A stretch of 64,000 bases of DNA from the NCBI GenBank assembly GCA_041640595.1, contig JBEPZY010000001.1:32001-96000 (forward strand), read 5' to 3'. This DNA comes from Gemmatales bacterium. Its GTDB lineage: Bacteria > Planctomycetota > Planctomycetia > Gemmatales > HRBIN36. Of the stretch, positions 48,567-58,475 are shown piece by piece (within the stretch, counting starts at the first letter, position 1; every line of letters starts with the position of its first letter). The notes below the pieces were generated by a model. The model was not told where the DNA came from and searched no databases. It saw only the letters and a program-made list of their open reading frames with translations. A program made the translations under genes and the position numbers.

Positions 48567-49553
48567 ATGATTACCGGAAGCCGAGTGGGTGTCTTGCTAT
48601 TGCAGCTAGGATCACCGGACGATCCGAGTGTTGCGGCAGTACGGCGATACTTGCGGCAATTTTTGAGCGACCCGCGGGTGATTGAATTGCCCCGGTGGCT
48701 ATGGTGGCCGATTCTTTATGGTATAGTACTGGTCTTTCGCCCAAAACAATCCGCGGAGAAATATCAACACATCTGGGACCCGCAAACTGGGTTTCCGCTC
48801 AAGCACTATACCGAGCTGCAGGTACGGGGATTACAAGAACGTCTCGGTGAAAAGTTCCTCGTCGGCTATGCGATGCGATATGGTCACCCAACTACGGACG
48901 AAACAGTCCCTGCTATGATTCAGCAGGGAATAGATCGCCTCGTTGTGGTACCCTTATATCCTCAATACTCGGCAACTACAACAGCTTCAGCCCTCGATGC
49001 GTTGTTTAGAACTCTTATGCGTCAGCGGGTTATACCTCCTTTACGTATAGTTCCCCCATTTTATGAGCACGCTGGCTATTTAGAGGCGGAATGTGCAATT
49101 GTCCGGGAAACAGTTGACAAACTCGATGAGCCGCCCGAGAAAATTATATTTAGTTTTCACGGTATCCCGGTTCGATATGCAAAAGCCGGAGACCCTTATC
49201 CTCAACAGGTTGAGCAAACGGTACGTCTGCTGGCGCAACGTTTAGGTTTGGCTCCCGAACAGTACGTCCTCGCGTATCAATCACGGTTTGGTCGTGAACC
49301 ATGGCTGCAACCGTATCTCGATGAAACGCTAAATACTCTTGCCCAAAAGGGAGTACGCCGAGTGCTAGTGGTTACGCCAGGGTTCACTACCGACTGCCTG
49401 GAAACGATTGACGAAATCGGTCGGGAGATGCGGGATTTGTTTTTGCAAGCCGGCGGCACACAGCTCTTTAGATGTCCTTGTCTTAATGATCATCCCACGT
49501 GGTTAGATGCCTTGCGTACGATAGTGCTCGAAGAATCTGCCGGGTGGATTTAG
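48567..49553 (+). CDS. hemH: Ferrochelatase
   Basis: LGSPD, FLSDPRVIE, PLYPQYS, FSFHGIP, QSRFG..PWL.P and DCLETIDEI. Confidence 0.96.
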   Translation: MITGSRVGVLLLQLGSPDDPSVAAVRRYLRQFLSDPRVIELPRWLWWPILYGIVLVFRPKQSAEKYQHIWDPQTGFPLKHYTELQVRGLQERLGEKFLVGYAMRYGHPTTDETVPAMIQQGIDRLVVVPLYPQYSATTTASALDALFRTLMRQRVIPPLRIVPPFYEHAGYLEAECAIVRETVDKLDEPPEKIIFSFHGIPVRYAKAGDPYPQQVEQTVRLLAQRLGLAPEQYVLAYQSRFGREPWLQPYLDETLNTLAQKGVRRVLVVTPGFTTDCLETIDEIGREMRDLFLQAGGTQLFRCPCLNDHPTWLDALRTIVLEESAGWI

Positions 49554-49683
49554 CAAATCAGTGCTTGCCATGGAAGCGAGCGTTGAATCGGTGGCTTCGC
49601 AGCACTCTTCGCAGTTATTCGGTCAAATGTCGTGGTGCTCTTTCATCGTCGGGCATAGAGGCTGGGGTCTTGGCGTTCGGCGT

Positions 49684-49712
49684 TTGGAGCAAACAAAGCG
49701 GGCACGTATAAT
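49684..49712 (+). promoter_or_regulatory. Putative sigma70 promoter for rarA
   Basis: TTGGAG-17 nt-TATAAT, followed by a GGAGG RBS. Confidence 0.55.
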
Positions 49713-49741
49713 AGCAGTGCGGTGTAATCGGAGGGAGATGT

Positions 49742-51133
49742 ATGCCAGGCCCTGGACTTTATGCCGACGCGATGCGGGAGCGTTTGAAAGGCTTAGAGCC
49801 GCTCGCAGTGCGTATGCGTCCGCGCAATCTGGATGAGTTTTTAGGCCAGGAACATTTTCTGGGACCTGGAAAGTTATTGCGGCGGCTGTTAGAAGCAGAT
49901 AGACTCGGTTCGGTGATTTTCTATGGTCCACCTGGAACTGGAAAAACCACACTAGCCTATATCATCGCCCGCATAACTAAATGCCGATTCCGTGAGTTGA
50001 ATGCTGCTGCGGTCGGGCTGAAAGAAGTGCGGCACGAACTGGAAGAAGCTCGACACCATGCGGAAGCGACCGGCATAAGGACTATCCTGTTTATAGACGA
50101 AATCCACCATTTCAACCGCACGCAGCAAGACGTGCTGCTGTCCGATATTGAATCGGGGATCGTGACCTTAATCGGTGCCACGACGCAAAATCCTTTTTTC
50201 GCTCTTAATGCGCCGCTGGTAAGCCGCAGTCAAATCTTTACTTTCGAGCCGCTAAGCCCGGAACAGATCGAATTGTTGCTTCGACGGGCTTTAGCGGATA
50301 AGGAACGTGGGTTGGGTAACATCCCCGTGCAGGTTGACCCTCAGGCGCTCCGTTTTCTGGCGGAAGTTTGCGATGGCGATGCTCGACGTGCGTTAACAGC
50401 CCTAGAAGTGGCGGTGCTTTCCTGCCATGAAAGGCCTGTGCACCTAAGCTTAGAGGCAGTGCGCGATTCCATTCAGCGAAAAGCTTTGGAGTTTGACAAG
50501 AGCGGCGATACCCACTACGATCTGGCGAGCGCCTTTATTAAGAGCATGCGAGGTAGTGATGTAGATGCATCTCTATACTGGCTGGCGCGAATGTTAGAAT
50601 CCGGCGAGGATGTTCGGTTTATCGCACGCAGAATTGTCATTTGTGCATCAGAAGATATCGGCAATGCTGATCCACGAGCGTTGCAGATAGCAGTAGCGGC
50701 ACAGCAGGCGGTTGAATTTCTCGGTCTGCCGGAATGTGTCTTCGCACTGGCTCAGGCCACGATTTATAATGCGACGGCTCCGAAATCAGATGCCGTCGCG
50801 CGAGCTATCCAGGCAGCACGTCACGATGTCCAACAGGGACGCACTTTGGAAGTTCCGCCAGCCCTGCGTGACGCCAGCTATGCTGGAGCTAGCCAGCTCG
50901 GTCGGGGTGAGGGTTACCTCTACAGTCACGATTTTCCAGGTGGGTTTGTACCGCAGCGGTTTCTACCAGAGCCGCGAATTTACTATGAACCAAGTGATCG
51001 CGGCTACGAGGCGGAAATTCGTCAGCGGCTTGAAACCTGGCGTACCTTGATTCAACAACTGTACCAGTCGCAAAAAGAAAAGGCATCCGCAGACGCATCC
51101 AGCTTAGCTTCCCCTGGAAACCAGGAACATTAA
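49742..51133 (+). CDS. rarA: Replication-associated recombination protein A (MgsA)
   Basis: PLAVRMRP, GPPGTGKTT, FIDEIH, SAFIKSMRGSD, ASEDIGNADP and YLYSHD. Confidence 0.96.
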   Translation: MPGPGLYADAMRERLKGLEPLAVRMRPRNLDEFLGQEHFLGPGKLLRRLLEADRLGSVIFYGPPGTGKTTLAYIIARITKCRFRELNAAAVGLKEVRHELEEARHHAEATGIRTILFIDEIHHFNRTQQDVLLSDIESGIVTLIGATTQNPFFALNAPLVSRSQIFTFEPLSPEQIELLLRRALADKERGLGNIPVQVDPQALRFLAEVCDGDARRALTALEVAVLSCHERPVHLSLEAVRDSIQRKALEFDKSGDTHYDLASAFIKSMRGSDVDASLYWLARMLESGEDVRFIARRIVICASEDIGNADPRALQIAVAAQQAVEFLGLPECVFALAQATIYNATAPKSDAVARAIQAARHDVQQGRTLEVPPALRDASYAGASQLGRGEGYLYSHDFPGGFVPQRFLPEPRIYYEPSDRGYEAEIRQRLETWRTLIQQLYQSQKEKASADASSLASPGNQEH

Positions 51134-51155
51134 TGGCTAAGGGCTTCAGCGTATG

Positions 51156-51884
51156 TCATTTGTCGGAGGCGCGGTTTGTTAGTTCTAAATACCGAAGGGC
51201 AAGTTCGTAGTCAGCGGGGGTATTGATATTGAGCAGGGAAAGCGAGTGCGGGTCCGTGTCGGCCCATTCATGTTCGTGAATCCAGCGGACTGGAATCTCT
51301 TGAAGCAAAAAAGCGGGTCGCAGTAAACGTGCCTGAAGTAGCCGCTCCACTATGGGTAGCACAGCACACGCATAGAGAGCCACTAAAGGATGCCGTTGCC
51401 CGCAGTTCACAGGAACGCACGCCAGAAACGGCGGAGCCCCGGGCGGCCGAGAAGCGTTAGCTTGCTGAAATATAGTAATCAGCCGGGTCAGGAAGGATGC
51501 ACTAACCAGAGGCACGTCGCAGGAAACTACTAATGCGTGGGTTACCTGTTCTTGCAAAGCCAGTAAACCGGCATGGATACCTGCAAGTGGTCCTTCCCCG
51601 GCAAAGACATCTTCGGCCAGGATCAATGACGGCTGTGAACGAGGTTGACACTCCGGTGCTGCTGCAGGCTCATCGGTGTGGCCCGAATTAGACCGGAACA
51701 CGGGAAAGGGGAGTGGCGGTAACTCCTGCTGCGGTCGGCGAACGAGAACGACTGGTTCGACCACACCTGCCACCGTGCGGACAATACGTGCCAGCACGGT
51801 CTCCGAACCGAATGGGAGAGCGGCTTTCGGTTTCCCCATACGGCGACTTTCTCCACCGCAAAGAATAATACCGCCGACTCGCAT
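51156..51884 (-). CDS. mobA: Molybdenum cofactor guanylyltransferase-like NTP transferase
   Basis: ILCGGESRRMG..KA, GPLAGI, SCDVP and NINTPADY. Start ATG 51884 (ORF track starts 51959). Confidence 0.88.
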   Translation of the reverse strand: MRVGGIILCGGESRRMGKPKAALPFGSETVLARIVRTVAGVVEPVVLVRRPQQELPPLPFPVFRSNSGHTDEPAAAPECQPRSQPSLILAEDVFAGEGPLAGIHAGLLALQEQVTHALVVSCDVPLVSASFLTRLITIFQQANASRPPGAPPFLACVPVNCGQRHPLVALYACAVLPIVERLLQARLLRPAFLLQEIPVRWIHEHEWADTDPHSLSLLNINTPADYELALRYLELTNRASDK

Positions 51885-52165
51885 TGTTTTTTGTCTGGTC
51901 AGTGAGCAATAAGTCTGGATTCGCGGGGCTATCTCTTGAATACAGTATATAGATGGCAAGCGCGCCGAGTACGCACCAGCTAGCGGAAGCGACGAAAATT
52001 CCTGTTATACTTATCCCATTCTAAGGGATCGACAGCACAGCGTTAATATCTGGCAAGGGGCGAGTGGTCGGCGTAAACAGCTCACAAGCTAAAATGGTTG
52101 CACTGCGGAAAACCCGAGCGCCCTTCGCAAAGTTTCATAGACAGGTCCGGCTGGATTTAAATTCC

Positions 52166-52195
52166 GATAGGGGCGCGCTTCTGGGTGCCCCTATC
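52166..52195. terminator. 11-bp GC-rich hairpin, possible terminator after the redoxin gene
   Basis: gataggggcgc-8 nt-gtgcccctatc; the U-tract is weak. Confidence 0.5.
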
Positions 52196-52296
52196 CAATC
52201 AACACGCCACTACCTCGGTCTAATCCCTATGCCTATATGTTTCCAGATGGATTTACACCCTCGGCCTGGAAAATTTAGTCAATGATAGTGGCGAGA

Positions 52297-54213
52297 TCAT
52301 TTGCTGGCGGCTTTACGGACGGCCATTTCCAGGCTGCTCAGTTCCAGGGCGTGGTCGAGGACTTTACCATCCCGGCCGATGAGGAACAGGTGCGGGAAAG
52401 CCATCAGGCCGTAATAAGTAGCCGCTGGCCCATCTGGACCGCCCCCGGCATATAGTTGAATTCCCGGAGCTTTAGTGTTCTTGAGGCTGGCTAGAGCGTC
52501 GGCCTGATTTTCGTCAATATTGATGGCCACGATCTCGACGGCTTGGCTGCCGAGGTCTTGCTGCAACTTATGCAGCCGGGCGAAATCTTCCGGGACAGAT
52601 TTGCACCAGCTGGCCCAGTAATAAACCACGACGACTTTTCCACGTAAAGCCTGAGGATTATAAGTTTGCCCGTTCAGACTGGTAACCGGTACGGTAAGTT
52701 CCCAGGGTTTGCCTTCTAAGTCGAGACGACGCAGTGCGCCAGCAGCTTTAGCGGCGTTAGGATTGCTGGGTGGAAAGGTGCGAACCAGTTGCTGATAGTA
52801 TTGCTTAGCTTCGGCATCTTTATTTTGCAGTTCGAGATGCATGGCGATCTGCCAGAGGGCTTCCGCAGCTTCGGTTGCTTTCGGGAAAGTGCGGGCGAAC
52901 TGAATAAGCCGCTCCACGTGGCGATTTTGCAATGTCAGGATATCTTCGGGTTTGGAGGCGAGGGCGGACTTGATAGTGTAATCGGTGTTGAGTTCGCGGA
53001 ATGCAACATAGGCGGCTAACTCGCTTCCCGGCTCGCTACGCTGCAACTGCTCCGCCAGGGCTTGTAAACGTTGTAAAGCCGTCCGGTCGCTCTGGGGACT
53101 GGCCTGAGCGGCCGAACTGAGGGTATCGGCCAGCTGTTTGACCCACAGTACACGATCGGCGGGTTCTTTGACCTTAGCAAGGATGGATTCGATTAGCTGG
53201 GCCCGTTCGAGATAAAAGCGGGCTAGGACAGGATTCGGGCCGGTTCCCTGCGTGGGTGGATGACGCTGATCGAGATCGGCAAGCTTTTTCAAAAGTAATT
53301 GCAGTTCGTCCGGAACGGCGGAGCGATGATTTTCGGCGACCATGTTGTTGCCTGGAGCATCCACGAGCTTCCAGGCTTCACCCACCAAAAGCATTTCGCC
53401 CAGTTGAATGACGTCCTGTTTCCCAGCGGTTTCGACGATCACCAGGCCACGATGGAGCATCAAGACATCTCGTTTCATGCCGTAAGTGTCGGCAGGGATG
53501 CGAGCAGGAGGACCCGCTTCAAAATGCATCCAGCGGGTAGTTTCGTTGAGTTGCGGTAAGGCTGCGCAAGCCTGGCGGAACTTCTGTTCCGTTTGCTTAC
53601 GCAGTTCGCGGATGCGTTCGACCTCTCGCGTGGGCAATCCCAAAGCCTGCAGGTCTTCCTCTTTCACCAGGAGAGTCTGAAATAAACGGTAATCCCGCGT
53701 AGCCAGGGCCTGGGCGGCCAGCTGGCTCAATTCTTCCGGCGACAATGCGAGCCAATCGTCAATCGTGCCATCTTCGTCCCGGTCGAGCCCGATTTTCATG
53801 CCGGCGGTGTTGAGCCAGTAATAGCGGTCCACTTTGCCATTGAAATTGCTGTCCACTTCGCGGTAAACCTCAACGCCGTCCTTGTAGTAGCACCACTGGT
53901 CGGGGTAGCGGTCGCCGTTGGTGTCCATGAACCTTCGGAGAAATCGCCCCTGCGGATCGCGCAACGCCCAGCCCGTAGAGCCCGGGGAAGTGCCTTGCAC
54001 AAGTTCCACCTTGCATTGCGGATACTCAGCCTGGGTCGGCGTGGAGATGGCCACACCTTTCTGCCTGGGTTGGAAGGTGAGCATTTGCTCAACAGTTGGC
54101 GCAGACTGAAGGCAGCGGCAGATGCCAAGGCTTATCGCCAGTACCAGTCCCAATTGTCCGAACATGCGGCGAGATACCAGCGACCGTTTGGGTGTATTTG
54201 GAAGCCACTGCAT
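52297..54213 (-). CDS. Secreted protein with DxNxDG-like loops, TPR-like helices and C-terminal TlpA-like redoxin domain
   Basis: DTNGDRYPD, DSNFNGKVD and DRDEDGTID; GKVVVVYYWASWCKSV; FPHLFLIGRDGKV. Confidence 0.8.
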   Translation of the reverse strand: MQWLPNTPKRSLVSRRMFGQLGLVLAISLGICRCLQSAPTVEQMLTFQPRQKGVAISTPTQAEYPQCKVELVQGTSPGSTGWALRDPQGRFLRRFMDTNGDRYPDQWCYYKDGVEVYREVDSNFNGKVDRYYWLNTAGMKIGLDRDEDGTIDDWLALSPEELSQLAAQALATRDYRLFQTLLVKEEDLQALGLPTREVERIRELRKQTEQKFRQACAALPQLNETTRWMHFEAGPPARIPADTYGMKRDVLMLHRGLVIVETAGKQDVIQLGEMLLVGEAWKLVDAPGNNMVAENHRSAVPDELQLLLKKLADLDQRHPPTQGTGPNPVLARFYLERAQLIESILAKVKEPADRVLWVKQLADTLSSAAQASPQSDRTALQRLQALAEQLQRSEPGSELAAYVAFRELNTDYTIKSALASKPEDILTLQNRHVERLIQFARTFPKATEAAEALWQIAMHLELQNKDAEAKQYYQQLVRTFPPSNPNAAKAAGALRRLDLEGKPWELTVPVTSLNGQTYNPQALRGKVVVVYYWASWCKSVPEDFARLHKLQQDLGSQAVEIVAINIDENQADALASLKNTKAPGIQLYAGGGPDGPAATYYGLMAFPHLFLIGRDGKVLDHALELSSLEMAVRKAASK

Positions 54214-54529
54214 GAGTGCTCTCCTTGCTTGCGCTCACCGAGACCGAATTTGTCCTCGAAGTGCGCACGAGGCAGCGATCTGGCGGTGCCCTCTCCGGCA
54301 CGCTACACTACGTACTATCGGCAAAACCGCCCCAATCGCTATAGTGTGTTCCTGGCTGGCGGTGGTGGAATTAGCGGTTACCTCGGCGCTGGTTGAAAAA
54401 GAGATGTGAGTTTTCGTTCGAGCTTTCCCTGTGCTACTGGCGAACGCGGATGCGGTCAGTACAATGGGCCGTAAGTAAAACAACGAACGTCGGTCTGGTC
54501 GGGCCGGTAATTCCCAGGGGAGCCAAACC

Positions 54530-55816
54530 ATGCAACGGCGAACTTTCCTAAAGTCGGTCAGCTGGGGAGCAGGTTTCGTGATCCTGAAAGGCGGCGCCTG
54601 CACGTATGCGGCCAATGAAAAACTGCGGGTAGGCGCCATCGGTATCGCCGGTCAAGGTGCGTACAACATCAACAACGTGGTGGCGGCGGGCGGCGAAATC
54701 GTGGCCTTATGTGATGTGCACACCAGTCGCAAAGAAGTCGCCGCTATGCGGGAGAGGTTTCCCAATGCGAGTTTTTATACCGATTACCGGCTCCTGCTGG
54801 ATAAGGAGAAACTCGATGCGGTGATAGTTTCGACACCGGATCACACGCACGCGCCGGCGACGCTGTTGGCATTGAAAGCGGGTTGCCATGTTTATTGCGA
54901 AAAACCCCTGACGCATACCGTGCACGAAGCCCGGCTGGTTAGCGAGACCGCCAGGAAATATAAGCGGGTTACCCAGATGGGTACGCAGATTCATGCCGGC
55001 AGCAACTACCGACGGGTTGTGGAATGGATCGAGAGCGGTGCGATTGGGGAGGTGCGTGAGGTACACGTCTGGTGCGGTCGGTCGTTCGGCGGCGTGGATC
55101 GGCCGAAGGAGACGCCTCCGGTTCCCGAAGGGTTGGACTGGGATTTGTGGCTGGGACCAGCGCCCTATCGTCCTTACCATCCGACTTACGTGCCATTCTG
55201 GTGGCGAAGGTGGTGGGACTTTGGTGGCGGGACCCTGGCCGACATGGGCTGCCATTACATAGACCTGGCGTTCTGGGCGTTAAAACTGCGGCATCCCACA
55301 GTGGTCGCTGCAGAGGGGCCTAAACCCCATCCCGAATCTGCCGCCGTTTGGTTGATCGTGCATTACGAATTTCCAGCCCGCGACAACCTGCCACCGGTCA
55401 AGCTGACCTGGTACGATGGCGGAAAACGGCCCAAATATTTCGACGAGCCGGGTTTGTTGCCTAAATGGGGAGATGGCGTCTTGTTTGTTGGGAGCAAGGG
55501 CATGCTGATAGCCGACTATGGTCAACATCGTTTGTTACCGGAAAAACAGTTTGCCAATGCGCCGCGACCGAAACCGTCCATTCCAGAATCTGTGGGGCAC
55601 CATCGGGAATGGGTGCAGGCTTGCAAGAACAACGGTCAAACTCTGTGCCACTTCGACTATGCCGGGCCTTTGACCGAAACGGTGCTTCTCGGAGTGGCTG
55701 CTTACCGCTTGCAACGCCCCATCCACTGGGATGCAGCTCGCTGCCAGGCAGTCAACGATCCCGAAGCCGAACGCTTCCTCCGTAAGGAATACCGGCGTGG
55801 CTGGGAAATTTCCTAA
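54530..55816 (+). CDS. Tat-exported Gfo/Idh/MocA oxidoreductase
   Basis: QRRTFLK, STPDHTH, YCEKP, DWDLWLGPAP and DMGCH. Confidence 0.93.
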   Translation: MQRRTFLKSVSWGAGFVILKGGACTYAANEKLRVGAIGIAGQGAYNINNVVAAGGEIVALCDVHTSRKEVAAMRERFPNASFYTDYRLLLDKEKLDAVIVSTPDHTHAPATLLALKAGCHVYCEKPLTHTVHEARLVSETARKYKRVTQMGTQIHAGSNYRRVVEWIESGAIGEVREVHVWCGRSFGGVDRPKETPPVPEGLDWDLWLGPAPYRPYHPTYVPFWWRRWWDFGGGTLADMGCHYIDLAFWALKLRHPTVVAAEGPKPHPESAAVWLIVHYEFPARDNLPPVKLTWYDGGKRPKYFDEPGLLPKWGDGVLFVGSKGMLIADYGQHRLLPEKQFANAPRPKPSIPESVGHHREWVQACKNNGQTLCHFDYAGPLTETVLLGVAAYRLQRPIHWDAARCQAVNDPEAERFLRKEYRRGWEIS

Positions 55817-55959
55817 CCTGTACCGCTCAGGCTGGTGCTTGCGGAAAATCTTTGTCCTGGCTCGGCACGTGAAGATTCGTAATTCGTCTGGGTATTATTG
55901 GATTTGCCGCGTGGAAAAACGTCTGTGAAGGAGCATGCCTGAAAACACGGGGCAGGGCC

Positions 55960-56346
55960 ATGGCTCCCGAAGAAGTCATGCGGCGATTGAATGTGATTAA
56001 CGCCCACCTGTGGATGGTGCGGCGGTTTTTGAAACACGCTGAGGAACTGGAGCAAGCACCGCATCTGCACGAAGTGCACCGACAGATTTTTGACTACGTG
56101 CGGGCCCTGGAACCCAGCTGGCAACGCCAGGACGCTCAGGAATACCTCCGCCGCGCTCGGGGCAAATTGCCGAAACTCAAACGAGTAGCGGAATTGCTGG
56201 CGACCAGTTATCGCCAGGTTTCGGACCACACCAATTTTGAAATGGCTGCTGTGTCGCTGATGGGCTGTGTGGAGCAAATCGAAGAATTGCTCAACGCCGT
56301 CTCAGCCAGTCCGGGCGGGCATACTTGTTCTGCACCAGATCCGTAA
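55960..56346 (+). CDS. Small helical hypothetical protein
   Basis: 128 aa, amphipathic helices (HLWMVRRFLKH, HTNFEMA); overlaps the convergent ligase gene by 56 nt. Confidence 0.7.
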   Translation: MAPEEVMRRLNVINAHLWMVRRFLKHAEELEQAPHLHEVHRQIFDYVRALEPSWQRQDAQEYLRRARGKLPKLKRVAELLATSYRQVSDHTNFEMAAVSLMGCVEQIEELLNAVSASPGGHTCSAPDP

Positions 56347-57028
56347 CCGCAGCCGACAGTTGCGAAAATGAACCCGGCGGAACATGGTCCGCGAAAAGAT
56401 GCTCCGCTTCGAATGCCCGACGCACACACGCCAGCAATTCGCCACGCGTCATCGGCAGGTTCGTCAGGAATTCCCGGTGGGGGCGATTTTGACGATACTC
56501 TGGTTGCCGTGCTGGTATCGGTAAATAACGCTCTACCAGTGCGATGTCGAAATCGTAAAGCAAAGTGCCGTGATGGAGAAAATAACGGCGTAAACGTCGT
56601 TGCGAATTGCCGGAGACTTTGCGTTGTTGCCAGACCAGATCGCTGATGCCGGCCAGCTGCACCGCTATTCCACGCTGCTGGAAACTTTCTGCAATTCGAC
56701 TGAGCACCATACTTACCGAATGGCGAGCGTTCAGGGCAGTGCCGTCGGTCATGGGCAGGATCAGCGAAAAAACCAGACAGCCTGGTGCGAGCACCACAGT
56801 TCCACCGCCACTGCACCGCCGGGCTACTGCAACCCGATCGCGTTGACATACGCCCAGAGTAACCTCATCGGCCAGACAACTATTTATCCCCAGCACTACC
56901 GCCGGCCGATCCACCTCCCAGAACCGCAGTGTTGGACTAAGAGAACCGGTCTCGGCCAGCAGTAATAAGGCCTCGTCCAGAGCCAGATTTTCTTCGATGC
57001 TGGGCAAGGTCAGGTCGAGCCAGCACAC
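56291..57028 (-). CDS. Lipoate-protein ligase A family catalytic domain (short, LipM/LipL-like size)
   Basis: NLALDEALL, RRCSGGGTV, KVSGNSQ and HHGTLL. Confidence 0.88.
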   Translation of the reverse strand: MCWLDLTLPSIEENLALDEALLLLAETGSLSPTLRFWEVDRPAVVLGINSCLADEVTLGVCQRDRVAVARRCSGGGTVVLAPGCLVFSLILPMTDGTALNARHSVSMVLSRIAESFQQRGIAVQLAGISDLVWQQRKVSGNSQRRLRRYFLHHGTLLYDFDIALVERYLPIPARQPEYRQNRPHREFLTNLPMTRGELLACVRRAFEAEHLFADHVPPGSFSQLSAAVTDLVQNKYARPDWLRRR

Positions 57029-57058
57029 TTCGGGAAAAACTCAGGCGGTTCGATACGG

Positions 57059-58393
57059 CTACACAAAAGGCGTAATACCCGGCCTGGCGACGGGGGGAGT
57101 CGGCATGGGGCCGAACTCGTATTTCGGCGGAGTCAAATCTTCTTTCGAGTTGAAAGCCATTTCCCATGTGATGAGTTTGCCGGTATAAGTTGCCATCCTC
57201 CCCATGATGGCCATGAGCGTGCTTTTTGCCATCCAGTCGCCGTCATTGATGGGCTTACCTGCACGGATGCTGGCCAGCATTTCGTCGTGTTCGTTCTGGT
57301 ACATGTCGTCTAGCCCGCGAACAGCCTGACGCGACGACCATTTGCGCTCCCCCTGACGCGACAGAAGAATTCCTTCGCCTCGGGAAGCCTGAATATCGCA
57401 AGTGGCCTGGGTACCGAAAATCTGGTCGGAAATGTTCGCGTAAGTGTCCTTTTGCTGACGGCAGAAACTGTACAGTCGCACACCATTAGCGAATTCGTAA
57501 ACCACGGCGTGATGGTCGAAAATGTGGCCGTAGTCCGGTTCTGTCCGTACCTGCCGACCTCCCATTCCCCAGCAGCGCACCGGATATTGATTCTGCATAG
57601 CCCAGGCCATTTTGTCGAGGCTATGGATGTGCTGTTCAACAATGTGGTCACCCGACAACCAGGTGAAGTAAAGCCAGTTGCGGCATTGCCATTCCATATC
57701 GCTCCAGCCGTGTTTTTGTTTCTCGGCCAGAGTTCGCACCCACAGGTAGCCGACGTTATAGGTGCACTGCATAGTTACGATGTCGCCGATAGCTCCGTCG
57801 TGAACGCGTTTCATGGTCTCCCGCATGCCGCGATGGTATCGCCAGCACAAACCGGAGACCACCGCCAGCCCTTTCTGTTTGGCCAGTTCGCAGGCAGCAA
57901 GCACTTTCCTGACACCGGGAGCATCTACCGCCACGGGTTTTTCCGCAAAAACGTGTTTGCCGGCTTCGATGGCCGCCTGCAGGTGAGCAGGGCGAAAATG
58001 CGGGGGTGTGCAGAGCAATACAATGTCCACGTCCGTGCTCAGTAATTGCTTGTAGGCATCGAATCCGACAAAGCAGCGCTCGGGAGTAACGGTGACCTGC
58101 TTGGCAACTGCCTCGGTCTTCTGCAACGTTTGCAAACTGTTTTGAAGGCGATCGGGAAACAGATCGGCCATCGCTACCAGCCGCGTATTCGGATCGGCAC
58201 GTAAGCAGTTGAAAGCCGCACCAGTTCCACGACCACCACAACCGATCAAGCCGACTTTCAAAACCTCACCGCCAGCTACATGTACCGCGGGGGCACTTTC
58301 CCACGGCCGCAAAGCTGCCGCTGCCACAGCGGTTCCCAGGGCGGTGGTGCGAAGGAAATCTCGTCGAGTTCGTGCCGTTTTGTTACTGCTCAT
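57059..58393 (-). CDS. Tat-exported Gfo/Idh/MocA oxidoreductase
   Basis: TRRDFLR, GCGGRGTGA, TPPHFRP, FAEKP and EQHIHSLD. ATG 58393 follows GAGGAG. Confidence 0.93.
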   Translation of the reverse strand: MSSNKTARTRRDFLRTTALGTAVAAAALRPWESAPAVHVAGGEVLKVGLIGCGGRGTGAAFNCLRADPNTRLVAMADLFPDRLQNSLQTLQKTEAVAKQVTVTPERCFVGFDAYKQLLSTDVDIVLLCTPPHFRPAHLQAAIEAGKHVFAEKPVAVDAPGVRKVLAACELAKQKGLAVVSGLCWRYHRGMRETMKRVHDGAIGDIVTMQCTYNVGYLWVRTLAEKQKHGWSDMEWQCRNWLYFTWLSGDHIVEQHIHSLDKMAWAMQNQYPVRCWGMGGRQVRTEPDYGHIFDHHAVVYEFANGVRLYSFCRQQKDTYANISDQIFGTQATCDIQASRGEGILLSRQGERKWSSRQAVRGLDDMYQNEHDEMLASIRAGKPINDGDWMAKSTLMAIMGRMATYTGKLITWEMAFNSKEDLTPPKYEFGPMPTPPVARPGITPFV

Positions 58394-58475
58394 GTTCAGC
58401 TCCTCGGTTGGTCGGACTGGCTTACCGCTTTCTATCACTAACTTACCAAATCCTCCGCCGACGGGCAATTCGGCA

